Part shown: in pieces, positions 10,684 to 19,389 of the stretch
Layout: each line of letters starts with the position of its first letter
How positions within the stretch are numbered: position 1 is the first letter of the stretch
Assembly (NCBI GenBank): GCA_963775425.1
Contig: CAVZJB010000012.1
Location: 224,001-288,000 of the forward strand
DNA: 64,000 nucleotides
Source of the DNA: an uncultured delta proteobacterium
Lineage (GTDB): Bacteria > Myxococcota > UBA727 > VGSZ01
Reading direction: 5' to 3'
The notes under the pieces: model-generated
Databases searched by the model: none
Seen by the model: only the letters and a program-made list of their open reading frames with translations
What the model was told of the DNA's origin: nothing
Made by a program: the position numbers and the translations under genes

Positions 10684-11888
10684 GGCGCCTCCGGCACGCC
10701 CGGGGCCTCGCCGACGGGGAGCGCGATGCGAAAGGCGGCGCCGCGCTCGCGCGCGTCCACGGCGATGCTGCCCCCGTGCGCCTCGACGATGCCCTTGGCG
10801 ATGGCGAGGCCGAGGCCGACGCCGCCGCCTTGCGCGTGCGGCCCTCGTACGAAGCGCTCGAAGACGTCGACGCCGTCGGGGATGCCGGGGCCGTCGTCGG
10901 CGACGACGACCTCCACGCCGCCGTCGCAGGGGGCCGCCGTCACCTCGATGCGCGCCGCGGGCGGCGTGTGCTTCGCGGCGTTTTCGAGGAGGTTCACCAG
11001 CACGAGCTCGAAGAGCCCCGGGTCCACGTGGACGAGCGTGGCCGCGGCGTCGATGGACGTGCTGACGGCGCGCGGTCCCAGGCGCGCCTCCGTGCGCGCG
11101 AGCGCCGAGCCGACGAGCTCCTCGAGGGGGATCCACTCGAGCTTGAGCCGCAGCGTCCCCGACTCGATGCGCGTCATGTCGAGCAGGTTGGCCACCAGCC
11201 GCTCGAGGTGGAAGCCCTCGTCCGCGATGGCCTCGAGGAGGGCGCGGCGCTCGTCGGCGGGGATGCGGCCGTCGTCGTCGCGGAGCGCGGTGGCGGCGCC
11301 GGTGATGGCGCCGAGCGGCGTGCGCAGGTCGTGCGAGACCGCGCTCAACAGCGCCGTCTTCATCTCCTCGTTTCTCGACTTCAGCGCGGCCTCGATGCCG
11401 CGACGCTTGAGCCGCTTGGCCAACGTCGACAACGTGATGCCCACGGCGAACATCATCGAGAAGGTGACGAGGTGACGCGAGCTGGCGACGAAGAAGGTGT
11501 ACAGCGGCGGGATGAACAGGAAGTCGTACGCCGCCACCGACAGCGCCGCTGCGAGCACCGCCGCGCCTTGCCCGAAGCGCAGCGCCGCGAACATGACCGC
11601 GGCGAGGTAGAGCATGACGATGTCCTCGGGCGCGAGCGTCGCCGGCGCGAGCGCGAACGAGCACGCCGTGGCGGCGACCACGAGGAGCGTGGTCCACGCG
11701 ATGTCGAGGGGCATCCGCCGCCGCACCCCGGCAGTCTCGCGATCGGACCGGCCGGTGGCAATGCCGCGGCGTCGCTCCGGGGGCCCTGCGGCGGCGCGCC
11801 GCTCCCGCGCGGTCTCGATGAGCTCGATCAGCGCCGCGAGGGAGCCGTAGAACACCACGGCGAGGACGATGGTGGCCGCTCCGGTCAT
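10680..11888 (-). CDS. Short KdpD-like histidine kinase (DUF4118 TM, HisKA, HATPase; no KdpD/Usp/GAF domain)
   Basis: YDFLFIPPLYTF, SAVSHDLRTPL, NLLENAAKH, DDGPGI, GLGLAI. Alternative start ATG 11714. Confidence 0.88.
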   Translation of the reverse strand: MTGAATIVLAVVFYGSLAALIELIETARERRAAAGPPERRRGIATGRSDRETAGVRRRMPLDIAWTTLLVVAATACSFALAPATLAPEDIVMLYLAAVMFAALRFGQGAAVLAAALSVAAYDFLFIPPLYTFFVASSRHLVTFSMMFAVGITLSTLAKRLKRRGIEAALKSRNEEMKTALLSAVSHDLRTPLGAITGAATALRDDDGRIPADERRALLEAIADEGFHLERLVANLLDMTRIESGTLRLKLEWIPLEELVGSALARTEARLGPRAVSTSIDAAATLVHVDPGLFELVLVNLLENAAKHTPPAARIEVTAAPCDGGVEVVVADDGPGIPDGVDVFERFVRGPHAQGGGVGLGLAIAKGIVEAHGGSIAVDARERGAAFRIALPVGEAPGVPEAP

Positions 11889-11912
11889 GGGCCGACGCTA
11901 GGCGCCGGCGCG

Positions 11913-11970
11913 TCAGCGCGACCTCAAAAGCCGGGCGCCGGTCATCAAGGCCGCGTCAAGGCCGCGTCGA
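11913..11970. promoter_or_regulatory. Putative KdpE-type direct-repeat site upstream of the kinase-kdpE pair
   Basis: TCAG/TCAA/TCAA/TCAA/TCGA at 11913, 11924, 11945, 11956, 11967 (spacing 11-21-11-11). Confidence 0.55.
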
Positions 11971-11975
11971 GGCGG

Positions 11976-13988
11976 TCACAGATCGATCTGCGCGCCGACC
12001 TCGATGACCTGCGTGTGCGGGATGCGGAAGTAGCGGTCGGCGTTGACGGCGTTTCGCGACAGGAAGCCGAAGAAGCTCTCGAGCACGACGCCCATCTCGC
12101 CGCCGGGCTTGGCGAGGATGCGTTCGCGCGCGAGGTAGTAGGTGAGCTCGTCGATGTCGACGTCGATGTCGCGGCGGCGCACCGCGAGGTCGAGGGCCTT
12201 CGGGACGTTCGGCTGTTGCATGAAGCCGTAATAGACGTGCACGCGCCAGAAGCCGTGGCCTATCTCGGCGACGTCGATGCGGTCGCGGTTCTCCACCACC
12301 GGCGTGTCCTTGGTGACCACGGTGAGGAGCACGATGGTCTTGTGCAGCGAGCGCGTGCGCTCCACCAGGTGCACGAGGATGGGCGGGACGCCCTGGTCCG
12401 CGGACGCCATGAACACGCCCACGCCGTCCACGCGCTGGGCGATCTTCTGCGAGATGATGGACCAGGCGTCGTCGAAAGACGGGTAGCGCGTGGAGTACAC
12501 GAGCCCCACGTTCTTCCGGCCCTCGTGCCACACCAGCATGATGGAGACCACGAACGCGCCGATGCCGAGGGGCACGTAGCCGCCGTGGGGGATCTTGAAC
12601 GCGTTGGCGACGACGAAGGGCAGGTCGAAGCACAGGAAGAGCATGATGAGCGGCAGCGCCTTGCGCGTGGGCCAGCCGCGGTTGGTGCGCAGGACGATGA
12701 AGTACACCACCGACGTGATGGTCATCGTCCCCGTCACCGCCACGCCGTACACCGACGCCATCGCCGACGACGAGCGGAACGCAAGCACCAGGCAGATGCA
12801 GATGAACCCGAGGAAGTAGTTGATCTCGGGGATGTAGATCTGGCCTTCCTGGTTCTCGGCCGTGTGCTTGATGGTGACACGCGGGAAGAAGCCCATCTGC
12901 ATCGCCTGGCGCGTCAGCGAGAACGACCCCGAGATCAAGGCCTGCGACGCGATGATGGTGGCGAAGCTCGACAGCACCACCAGCGCGTACGTGGCGCCGC
13001 CGGCGGGCACCATGCGGAAGAACGGGTTCTGGATGGCCTCGGGGTCGCGGATGATGAGCGCGCCCTGGCCGAAGTAGGACAGCACGAGCGCAGGCAGCAC
13101 GAGGAGGAGCCAGGCGCGGCGGATGGGCGGGAGCCCGAAGTGGCCCATGTCCGCGTACAGCGCCTCGCCGCCGGTGACGGCGAGGACGACCGAGCCGAGC
13201 ACGAGGCCGCCGCTCAGGCCGTGCTGCATGAAGTAGCGGATCACGTGGTGCGGCGAGAGCGCCTCGAGCACCTCCGGCGTGTGCGCCACGTGGTAGGCGC
13301 CGAGCACCGCCAGCGAGCCGAACCACAGGACCATGATGGGCCCGAAGAGCTGCCCGATGAGGTTGGTGCCGCGGCTCTGGATGGAGAACAACAACACGAG
13401 GAGCGCGAGCGTGATGGGCAAGACGAAGTGCGCGAAGCCCGGCTGCGCCACCGTGATGCCCTCCACCGCCGACAGCACCGAGATGGCGGGGGTGATGGCG
13501 CCGTCGCCGTAGAGGAAGGAGGCGCCGACGACCACGAGCACCGCCACCGCCGACAGCGGCTGCAGCGGCCCCGCGCGCAGCTTCTCCGGCACCAGGGCCA
13601 GGAGGGCCATGATGCCGCCCTCGCCCTTGTTGTCGGCGTGCATGATGAACACGAGGTACTTGATGGTGACGACGACCATCAGCGACCAGAAGATGAGGCT
13701 CAAGACGTCGAGCACGTCGCCGCGCAGCTCGGGCTGGCTCTGCGGCGCGAGGAACTTGATGCACTCGCGCAGCGTGTACAGGGGGCTCGTGCCGATGTCG
13801 CCGAAGACGACGCCGAGGGCGCCGAGCATCAGCGGCAGCATGCGCCGCTCGTGGCCGCCGTGGTGGCGCTCGCTCGGCTCGGGCGTCGGACGCGGCGGTG
13901 CCGCTGGAGGCTCGGCCGTCGGAGTTGTCGTCGTCGGGGGCGCGGCCGCGGAGGTCGATGTCGGGCCCGGTTGTGAATCACCGCCCAT
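11976..13988 (-). CDS. kup: KUP/HAK/KT potassium transporter (copy 2)
   Basis: GVVFGDIGTSPLY and the other Kup motifs; C-terminal domain nearly identical to copy 1. Confidence 0.96.
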   Translation of the reverse strand: MGGDSQPGPTSTSAAAPPTTTTPTAEPPAAPPRPTPEPSERHHGGHERRMLPLMLGALGVVFGDIGTSPLYTLRECIKFLAPQSQPELRGDVLDVLSLIFWSLMVVVTIKYLVFIMHADNKGEGGIMALLALVPEKLRAGPLQPLSAVAVLVVVGASFLYGDGAITPAISVLSAVEGITVAQPGFAHFVLPITLALLVLLFSIQSRGTNLIGQLFGPIMVLWFGSLAVLGAYHVAHTPEVLEALSPHHVIRYFMQHGLSGGLVLGSVVLAVTGGEALYADMGHFGLPPIRRAWLLLVLPALVLSYFGQGALIIRDPEAIQNPFFRMVPAGGATYALVVLSSFATIIASQALISGSFSLTRQAMQMGFFPRVTIKHTAENQEGQIYIPEINYFLGFICICLVLAFRSSSAMASVYGVAVTGTMTITSVVYFIVLRTNRGWPTRKALPLIMLFLCFDLPFVVANAFKIPHGGYVPLGIGAFVVSIMLVWHEGRKNVGLVYSTRYPSFDDAWSIISQKIAQRVDGVGVFMASADQGVPPILVHLVERTRSLHKTIVLLTVVTKDTPVVENRDRIDVAEIGHGFWRVHVYYGFMQQPNVPKALDLAVRRRDIDVDIDELTYYLARERILAKPGGEMGVVLESFFGFLSRNAVNADRYFRIPHTQVIEVGAQIDL

Positions 13989-14034
13989 GGCGAAGGCACA
14001 CTATCATCGGTCGGGCCCGCGCGCGGCTTTGCGG

Positions 14035-14643
14035 TCACCGAAGAGACGACAAGTCCGCCACGGTATTCAGGTTTCGGAAGGCGCCTCGATCTGCGACGGG
14101 TACGCGGGCGGGCGCCAGGGCCTCGAGGACCGCGCCCAGCCTGCGCTCGCCCGCGCGCGCCAGCCGCGCCACCGCGTCGCCCGCGGCGGCGTCGATGACC
14201 ACCGGGAGCGGCTCGAGCCGCCCCGCCAGGACGAAGCAAGCCGCGCGCGCTCCGGCGTCGTCCTCGTCGAGGGCGCGCACGAGCCGCGCGAGGTGGCCGG
14301 GCCCGATGCCGGGCATGTCCACGGCGACGACGGCGTAGCGCGCGCCGCGCCCGCTCTCGAGGAGCGCGAGCACGCCCGCCACGGGCCCCGCGCACGCCCC
14401 GGCCTCCCCCGCAGGCGCCCCGGCCGGGAGCGCGGCGTCGGGGATGCGCTCGACGTCGTCGGGGATGCCGCGGGCGTGCCCAAGCGCGACGACGTCGGCG
14501 CAGCAGGCGCGCAGCACGCGCACGGCGCGCTCCCCGAGCGTCTCGCCCGCGCCGCCGTCGCCGGGCACGGGGAGCGTCGCCTTGTCGCGCCCCATGCGAG
14601 CGCTCGCCCCGCCCGCGAGCACGGCGCCGACGAGGTCCTTCAT
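14035..14643 (-). CDS. mobA: Molybdenum cofactor guanylyltransferase
   Basis: VLAGGASARMGRDKA, GPVAG, VAVDMP, LEPL, FRNLNT. Confidence 0.85.
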   Translation of the reverse strand: MKDLVGAVLAGGASARMGRDKATLPVPGDGGAGETLGERAVRVLRACCADVVALGHARGIPDDVERIPDAALPAGAPAGEAGACAGPVAGVLALLESGRGARYAVVAVDMPGIGPGHLARLVRALDEDDAGARAACFVLAGRLEPLPVVIDAAAGDAVARLARAGERRLGAVLEALAPARVPVADRGAFRNLNTVADLSSLR

Positions 14644-14665
14644 GCCGGCCGCCCCACCCGCTCGC

Positions 14666-17314
14666 TCACGGCAGATCGACGTCGAGCGTGAGCCCGAACT
14701 TCGATGCCGCGCGGACGCGCCCGGGCTCGACGAGCAAGCAGGTCTGAAGGCCCGTGCATGACAGGAGCGCGGCCTCGTCCGTGACCCTCACGGGCTGGTG
14801 CGCCGGATCGAGGCTCACGTCCGGCGCGGTGACGCCGGGCGTGTGCAGATCGACGATGACCTCGCCGGGGCCGCCGGCGTCCACCTCGACGAGCGTCGCT
14901 CCGCTGACGCCGGCAAGCACCCGGCGGCGCACTCGGACGTCACCGACCTCGAGGCTCGTGTCCGAGCGCGGGCTCGCGGAGGTGGCGACGATGCGCGCCA
15001 CGAAGCTCTGCCCCATGTCGTCGCCGCCGCCGGGGGCGTCGCCGTTGTCGAGCGTCGTCAGGAGCCGCGGGTCGGACAGCACCATGATGGCGTCCTCGCG
15101 CACGAACAGCGGCAGGCGCTCGAGGGGCGCGTCGACCGTCTGCAGGCCGGGTCCTTGCACGACGCTGTCGTCCCACCACGACCACCACGTGCCTGCGGGG
15201 ACGAAGAGCGTTCGGGTGCGCGCGCCGTCGGCAACGACCGGCGCGGCCAACAGCGTGCCCACCGGGGAAGGGTCGCCGTCGACCGAGTCGGCGACGGCGT
15301 CCCGCGCCGACTTCACCCCGAGCACGAAGGTGTCGGCGTCGGCCCAGGCCGCGTCGCTGCCGTCGATGGCGCCGACCGGCACCGCCACCGGCGTGCCGTC
15401 CTCGGACTCCTGCGCGAGCCAGCGCGCGAACATGGGCATGAGGTCCATGTGCAGCCGCGCCGCCTGCGTGAACGCGTCGACGACGTCGACGAGCTCCGGG
15501 TCCCACGCCGCCTGGTTGCCGCCGCCGCCGACCTGCATCACCGTGGACACCGCGCCGAATTGCGCCCAGCGCACGAACGCCTCGGGCGTGGGCATCCCCT
15601 GGCGGTAGCCGCCGACGTCGCTGCCGTACAGCGGGTACGCGCTCATCGCCAGCGACAGATACCCGCCCACCGCCGCGGGCAGCCCGCCCACGGCCTTCGA
15701 CGTGTCGTCCGGCGACGACGTGTAGGGCGCGCCGTGCACTTCGAAGCCGCTGTCGAGGTCGCCGGGCCAGATGGCGGTGCCGTTCTTCTGGTCGTAGATG
15801 CCGCCGGTGCGCGTGATGACGAAGTGGTCGTTGCCGGGCCACTGCGCCTCGAGCTCGGCGAGGTAGCACTCGTGGTACAGGCGCGAGAAGCGCGTCTGCT
15901 CCGTGGCGGTGGTGGTGCCGTCGAAGAAGCGCGGCACGTCGTTCGGAAAGAGCCCGAGCAGGTCGGGGCGCATGGTCTCGCCGTAGTCGAGCTTGAAGCC
16001 GCGCACGCCGCCGGCGATGAGCGGGCGCATCAAGGCGCGATAGGCGGCGCAGGCGTCGTCGTTGGTGAAGTCGACGAAGCCGCCGGTGCCTCGGCCCCAG
16101 GGGAAGGTGAAGGCGCCGCCGCCGGCGTCGGCGACGAGGAGCCCGTCTTGCGCGAACTGATCGAAGATCGGCTTGGACGCGAACGCCGGCATGCCGAAGG
16201 CCTCGCCGCTGTCGTCGGACGTGTTCAGGTTGTCGGTGGCCCACGTGATGACGTGGAAGCCCTGCGCCTCGAGCTGCGCGATTGCGTCATGGATGCCGGG
16301 GAGCTGCGCTTCGTTGAAGGCGAACGTGTTGTAGCCGGTCTCCCAGGGCGCATCGATCCAGATGGTGGACGTGGGGATGCCGCGCGTGCGCATCTCGGCG
16401 GCGTCGGCGAGGAGCTTGTCGGTGCCGGAGCGGACGACGTTGCCGTCGACGTCGACATCGGCGTCGACGTCGTTGCGCCACTGCATGGGCGCGAGCACCC
16501 ATGACGGCGGCGCGGGCGGCAGGCCCATGCGCCGCGCGAGCGCCGCGACGGCGTCGACGATGGGGCGCGGCGCGCCGGTGGAAGCGTGCTCTCCTCCATA
16601 CGAAGGGCGCAGCGCCAGGTGGAGCGCGTTGCCGTGGAAGCGGACGATGGTGGCCTTTTCGTCCGAGACGCCGACGTCGAACGCGCCGACGCGCTCCTCG
16701 TCGACCAGCACGGCGTAGCCGGCGCTGCTCGCGAAGAACGGCACCGGCGCGTGGGCCTCGTTGGTGCCCGAGTCGAATTCGCCGGGCGCGTCGAAGTACG
16801 CGGGCGTGACGCGCCCGCGCAGGTCGGGCCCGTCGAAGCGCTCGCCGCCGCCGACGAGGTGCTCGCCCTCCTGCAGCCGGAGGCAGGTGCCGGCGAAGGC
16901 GACGTCGACCTCGTCCTCGTCGAAGGCGACGTCGAGGTTCACCCAGCCGTCCTCGGCCTGGCGCAGCGTCAGGCGCGCGGTGCTGACCTTCTTGCCGTCG
17001 TCGTCGAGCATGTCGACCACGAGCGCCCCGGGGCCGCGCGCCTGCGCGACGGTGGCGTCGCCCGAGTGGAGCCACACCTCGTCGCCCGTGGGCGCCTCCG
17101 GCTTGTGCCACGCGCCGCTGTCGCTGTCGGCGCGCAACGCGAGCGTGAGCGGCGCGCAGCCGGGGCCGCCGGTGGTCGTGGCGCCGCCGCCGACGGTGAA
17201 GCCGAACGGCGCGAGCGTCGCCCGCACGCCGCCGACCGTGACGGCTTCGCGCGCGGGCGGCGGCGAGCACGCCGCGACGGCGGCGGCGACGACGACGACG
17301 GGGATGCGAGCCAT
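14666..17314 (-). CDS. Glycoside hydrolase family 31 lipoprotein (alpha-glucosidase/xylosidase-like)
   Basis: Lipobox AVAAC; IWIDAPW, FVDFTN, GFKLDYGE (nucleophile), WPGDLD (acid/base), SDVGGY, RWAQFG. Confidence 0.85.
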   Translation of the reverse strand: MARIPVVVVAAAVAACSPPPAREAVTVGGVRATLAPFGFTVGGGATTTGGPGCAPLTLALRADSDSGAWHKPEAPTGDEVWLHSGDATVAQARGPGALVVDMLDDDGKKVSTARLTLRQAEDGWVNLDVAFDEDEVDVAFAGTCLRLQEGEHLVGGGERFDGPDLRGRVTPAYFDAPGEFDSGTNEAHAPVPFFASSAGYAVLVDEERVGAFDVGVSDEKATIVRFHGNALHLALRPSYGGEHASTGAPRPIVDAVAALARRMGLPPAPPSWVLAPMQWRNDVDADVDVDGNVVRSGTDKLLADAAEMRTRGIPTSTIWIDAPWETGYNTFAFNEAQLPGIHDAIAQLEAQGFHVITWATDNLNTSDDSGEAFGMPAFASKPIFDQFAQDGLLVADAGGGAFTFPWGRGTGGFVDFTNDDACAAYRALMRPLIAGGVRGFKLDYGETMRPDLLGLFPNDVPRFFDGTTTATEQTRFSRLYHECYLAELEAQWPGNDHFVITRTGGIYDQKNGTAIWPGDLDSGFEVHGAPYTSSPDDTSKAVGGLPAAVGGYLSLAMSAYPLYGSDVGGYRQGMPTPEAFVRWAQFGAVSTVMQVGGGGNQAAWDPELVDVVDAFTQAARLHMDLMPMFARWLAQESEDGTPVAVPVGAIDGSDAAWADADTFVLGVKSARDAVADSVDGDPSPVGTLLAAPVVADGARTRTLFVPAGTWWSWWDDSVVQGPGLQTVDAPLERLPLFVREDAIMVLSDPRLLTTLDNGDAPGGGDDMGQSFVARIVATSASPRSDTSLEVGDVRVRRRVLAGVSGATLVEVDAGGPGEVIVDLHTPGVTAPDVSLDPAHQPVRVTDEAALLSCTGLQTCLLVEPGRVRAASKFGLTLDVDLP

Positions 17315-17346
17315 CGCCGCACCCTGGCACGCCGGCGCGCGCTGAA

Positions 17347-17385
17347 AAGGGGGCGCCGGCGAAGGGGGCGCCGGCGAAGGGGCGC
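17347..17385. repeat. About 2.6 copies of 15-bp AAGGGGGCGCCGGCG directly after the TPR gene stop; followed by TTTT on the - strand
   Basis: Seen directly; terminator role uncertain. Confidence 0.6.
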
Positions 17386-18051
17386 TTATTGGAGCTGGAC
17401 CTGGATGGCCTTCAGGAGGACGGCCGCGCGCTTCACGGCGGGGTCTTTGCCCTGGGGATCGTCGGTGATGGCGCGGGTGAGGTCCTCGACCGCCTCGTGG
17501 AGCTTCCCCGCCATCGCGCGGATCTCGCCGCGGTGCGCGCGCGCGGTGGTCTGGTACGGGTTGACGTCGAGCGCGCGCGAGTAGAGCCGCTCGGCCTCGT
17601 CGTTCTCGTTGTTCTGCTGGTGCGCCGACGCGAGGCAGGTGAGGAAGTAGGCGTCGTACGGATCGAGCGCGACGAGGCCGAAGAAGACCTCCTTGCCCTC
17701 TTTCAGCTTCCCCTCGGTGAGGAAGCGGTAGCCGACCTCGGCCATCCGGTACTGCTCCTTCTTGGTGATGCCCTCGAGCTCGCCAAGCGTGCGGTGGCCC
17801 TTCAGGAACGCGTCGAGCTCGCTCGGGGCGTACGCGACGATCTTCTTACCCTCGGCCGCGGCCTTCTTGATCTCGTCCTCGGTGAGCTTCCTGCCCTTGC
17901 CCTTGTCCTTGTCGAGGGCCTTGACGTTCGGCTTCACCACCGCGCGGCGGGCGCCCTGCGTCGCCACCTGCACCTTCGACGACGGCGGCGGCGCCTTAGG
18001 CCCGGGCTTGCCCGGCTCCGGCTTCTTGTCGAGGCCCTTCTTGATCGGCAT
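17386..18051 (-). CDS. SycD/LcrH-like TPR chaperone (type III secretion class II chaperone family)
   Basis: TLGELEGITKKEQYRMAEVGYRFLTEGKLKEGKEVFFGLVALDPYDAYF followed by TPRs; Lys/Pro-rich N-terminus. Confidence 0.75.
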   Translation of the reverse strand: MPIKKGLDKKPEPGKPGPKAPPPSSKVQVATQGARRAVVKPNVKALDKDKGKGRKLTEDEIKKAAAEGKKIVAYAPSELDAFLKGHRTLGELEGITKKEQYRMAEVGYRFLTEGKLKEGKEVFFGLVALDPYDAYFLTCLASAHQQNNENDEAERLYSRALDVNPYQTTARAHRGEIRAMAGKLHEAVEDLTRAITDDPQGKDPAVKRAAVLLKAIQVQLQ

Positions 18052-18073
18052 GCCTCATCCTACGCGCGCCGGT

Positions 18074-19279
18074 TCAGACGAACAGCGCGCGGTTCAGGCC
18101 GAGGGTCTGTCCGAGCAGGCTCGTCATCTCGAGCTGGCGGAACATCTGGCCGAACATGTGCCCGGCCGCCTGCAGGCCCTGGAAGGGGTTGGCGAAGACG
18201 TTGGCGAGCCCGCCCACCGCGTTTTGCCCGTAGGTCTGCTCGAGGATGCGGCGCTGCTCCTGCTGCAGGCGAGCGGCGTTGTCGGACTGGGAGAGCTGGT
18301 TGACGACGAAGTCGCGGATGCCCGGCGGCAGATCGCGGCCCGCGGTCTCTGCGAGCTCGCCGCGGATGAGGTTGCCCCACGCGCCGCGCTGCGAGATCGG
18401 GTCGGGGCGCAAAGAGGCGTCGATCTTGAACGCGCGGTTCCTGTCGAGCACCTGGTCGTAGCCGTTGTGCCCGTCGGCGTTCTGGATGGTGCCGCTGATG
18501 ACGCCCTGGAATTGGCCGCCACGCTCGCGCGCCCACTGCACGCGATCGTTGCCGTCGGCCTCGCGGCCGGTGCCGCCAAGGACGAAGGTGTCGCGGTTGG
18601 GGTTCACCGAGGCGACCTGCGCGCGGTACGAGAAGCCGTCGCTCTGCAGCGCGCCCACCTCGGGCTTGCCCGAATTCACGCCGCTCACCTGGATGTGGTC
18701 GCTGCCGTTGGTGATGTTGAGCGTGGACGAGAGCGTGCGGCCCTGCTCCGCGGTGGTGCCGACGTCGATGGTGGTGCCGTCGGGGAGGCGGAAGGTGGAG
18801 GACTTGGAGAAGTCCCAGCGCTGGCCGTCGGCCTCGTCGACGTGGGGGTCGCCCCAGACGCGGGACAGGGCCTTGTCCTGCGGGCCCTGTTGCGGCCCGT
18901 AGATCTTCCACGCGGCGTCCTTGCCCTCGGGGACGATGGTGTAGCCGCCGGCGGTGCGGATGGCGTTCTTGGGCCAGCCCTCGGGGCTCGTCGTCAGGCC
19001 GCGCCCGGCGGGAGCGGCCGAGAGGTCCTGGCTCGGCGGCTGGAGGCAACCGCACGACGGCGCCTGCGGCGCGCTGCGGGCGTCGAAGGCGCCCTTGAAG
19101 GCGGCGAAGAGCGCGGCGCCGGCGAGCATGGCGCCGCAGATCTCGTCCATCTGCGGCGTGGCCTTGTTGACCTGCGCCTTGATGGCCGAGAGGTCCTGCT
19201 TGTTGCACTGCTGCGCAGCGTTTTGGACCTTGTCCTGAAGCGGGCGAACATCAACGGGCTTCGGCTGCACTCCGCACAT
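18074..19279 (-). CDS. DUF1521 (MIIA, GDPH autocleavage) domain protein; putative T3SS substrate
   Basis: RVWGDPHVDEADGQRWDF..STFRLPDGTTIDVGT. Start ATG 19279 with GAGG RBS. Confidence 0.75.
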   Translation of the reverse strand: MCGVQPKPVDVRPLQDKVQNAAQQCNKQDLSAIKAQVNKATPQMDEICGAMLAGAALFAAFKGAFDARSAPQAPSCGCLQPPSQDLSAAPAGRGLTTSPEGWPKNAIRTAGGYTIVPEGKDAAWKIYGPQQGPQDKALSRVWGDPHVDEADGQRWDFSKSSTFRLPDGTTIDVGTTAEQGRTLSSTLNITNGSDHIQVSGVNSGKPEVGALQSDGFSYRAQVASVNPNRDTFVLGGTGREADGNDRVQWARERGGQFQGVISGTIQNADGHNGYDQVLDRNRAFKIDASLRPDPISQRGAWGNLIRGELAETAGRDLPPGIRDFVVNQLSQSDNAARLQQEQRRILEQTYGQNAVGGLANVFANPFQGLQAAGHMFGQMFRQLEMTSLLGQTLGLNRALFV

Positions 19280-19323
19280 CACGCGACCTCGTGGCAAAGG
19301 AATGTCTCTGTCCGACAAGGGGG

Positions 19324-19352
19324 ATTGTCGCATGTCTCATCGGATGAGTTGC
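19324..19352 (-). promoter_or_regulatory. Sigma28-like promoter motif GCAAC-N16-GCGACAAT
   Basis: Same spacing as the motif at 45778; the -10 element resembles FliA GCCGATAA. Confidence 0.45.
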
Positions 19353-19389
19353 GGAGGACGAAAGGCGGATCCGCAGGTAGGACAGGTAC

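Noticed and set aside
17325-17341. Sigma54 promoter TGGCAC
   Set aside because: Lacks the -12 TTGC and points away from the adjacent - strand gene.
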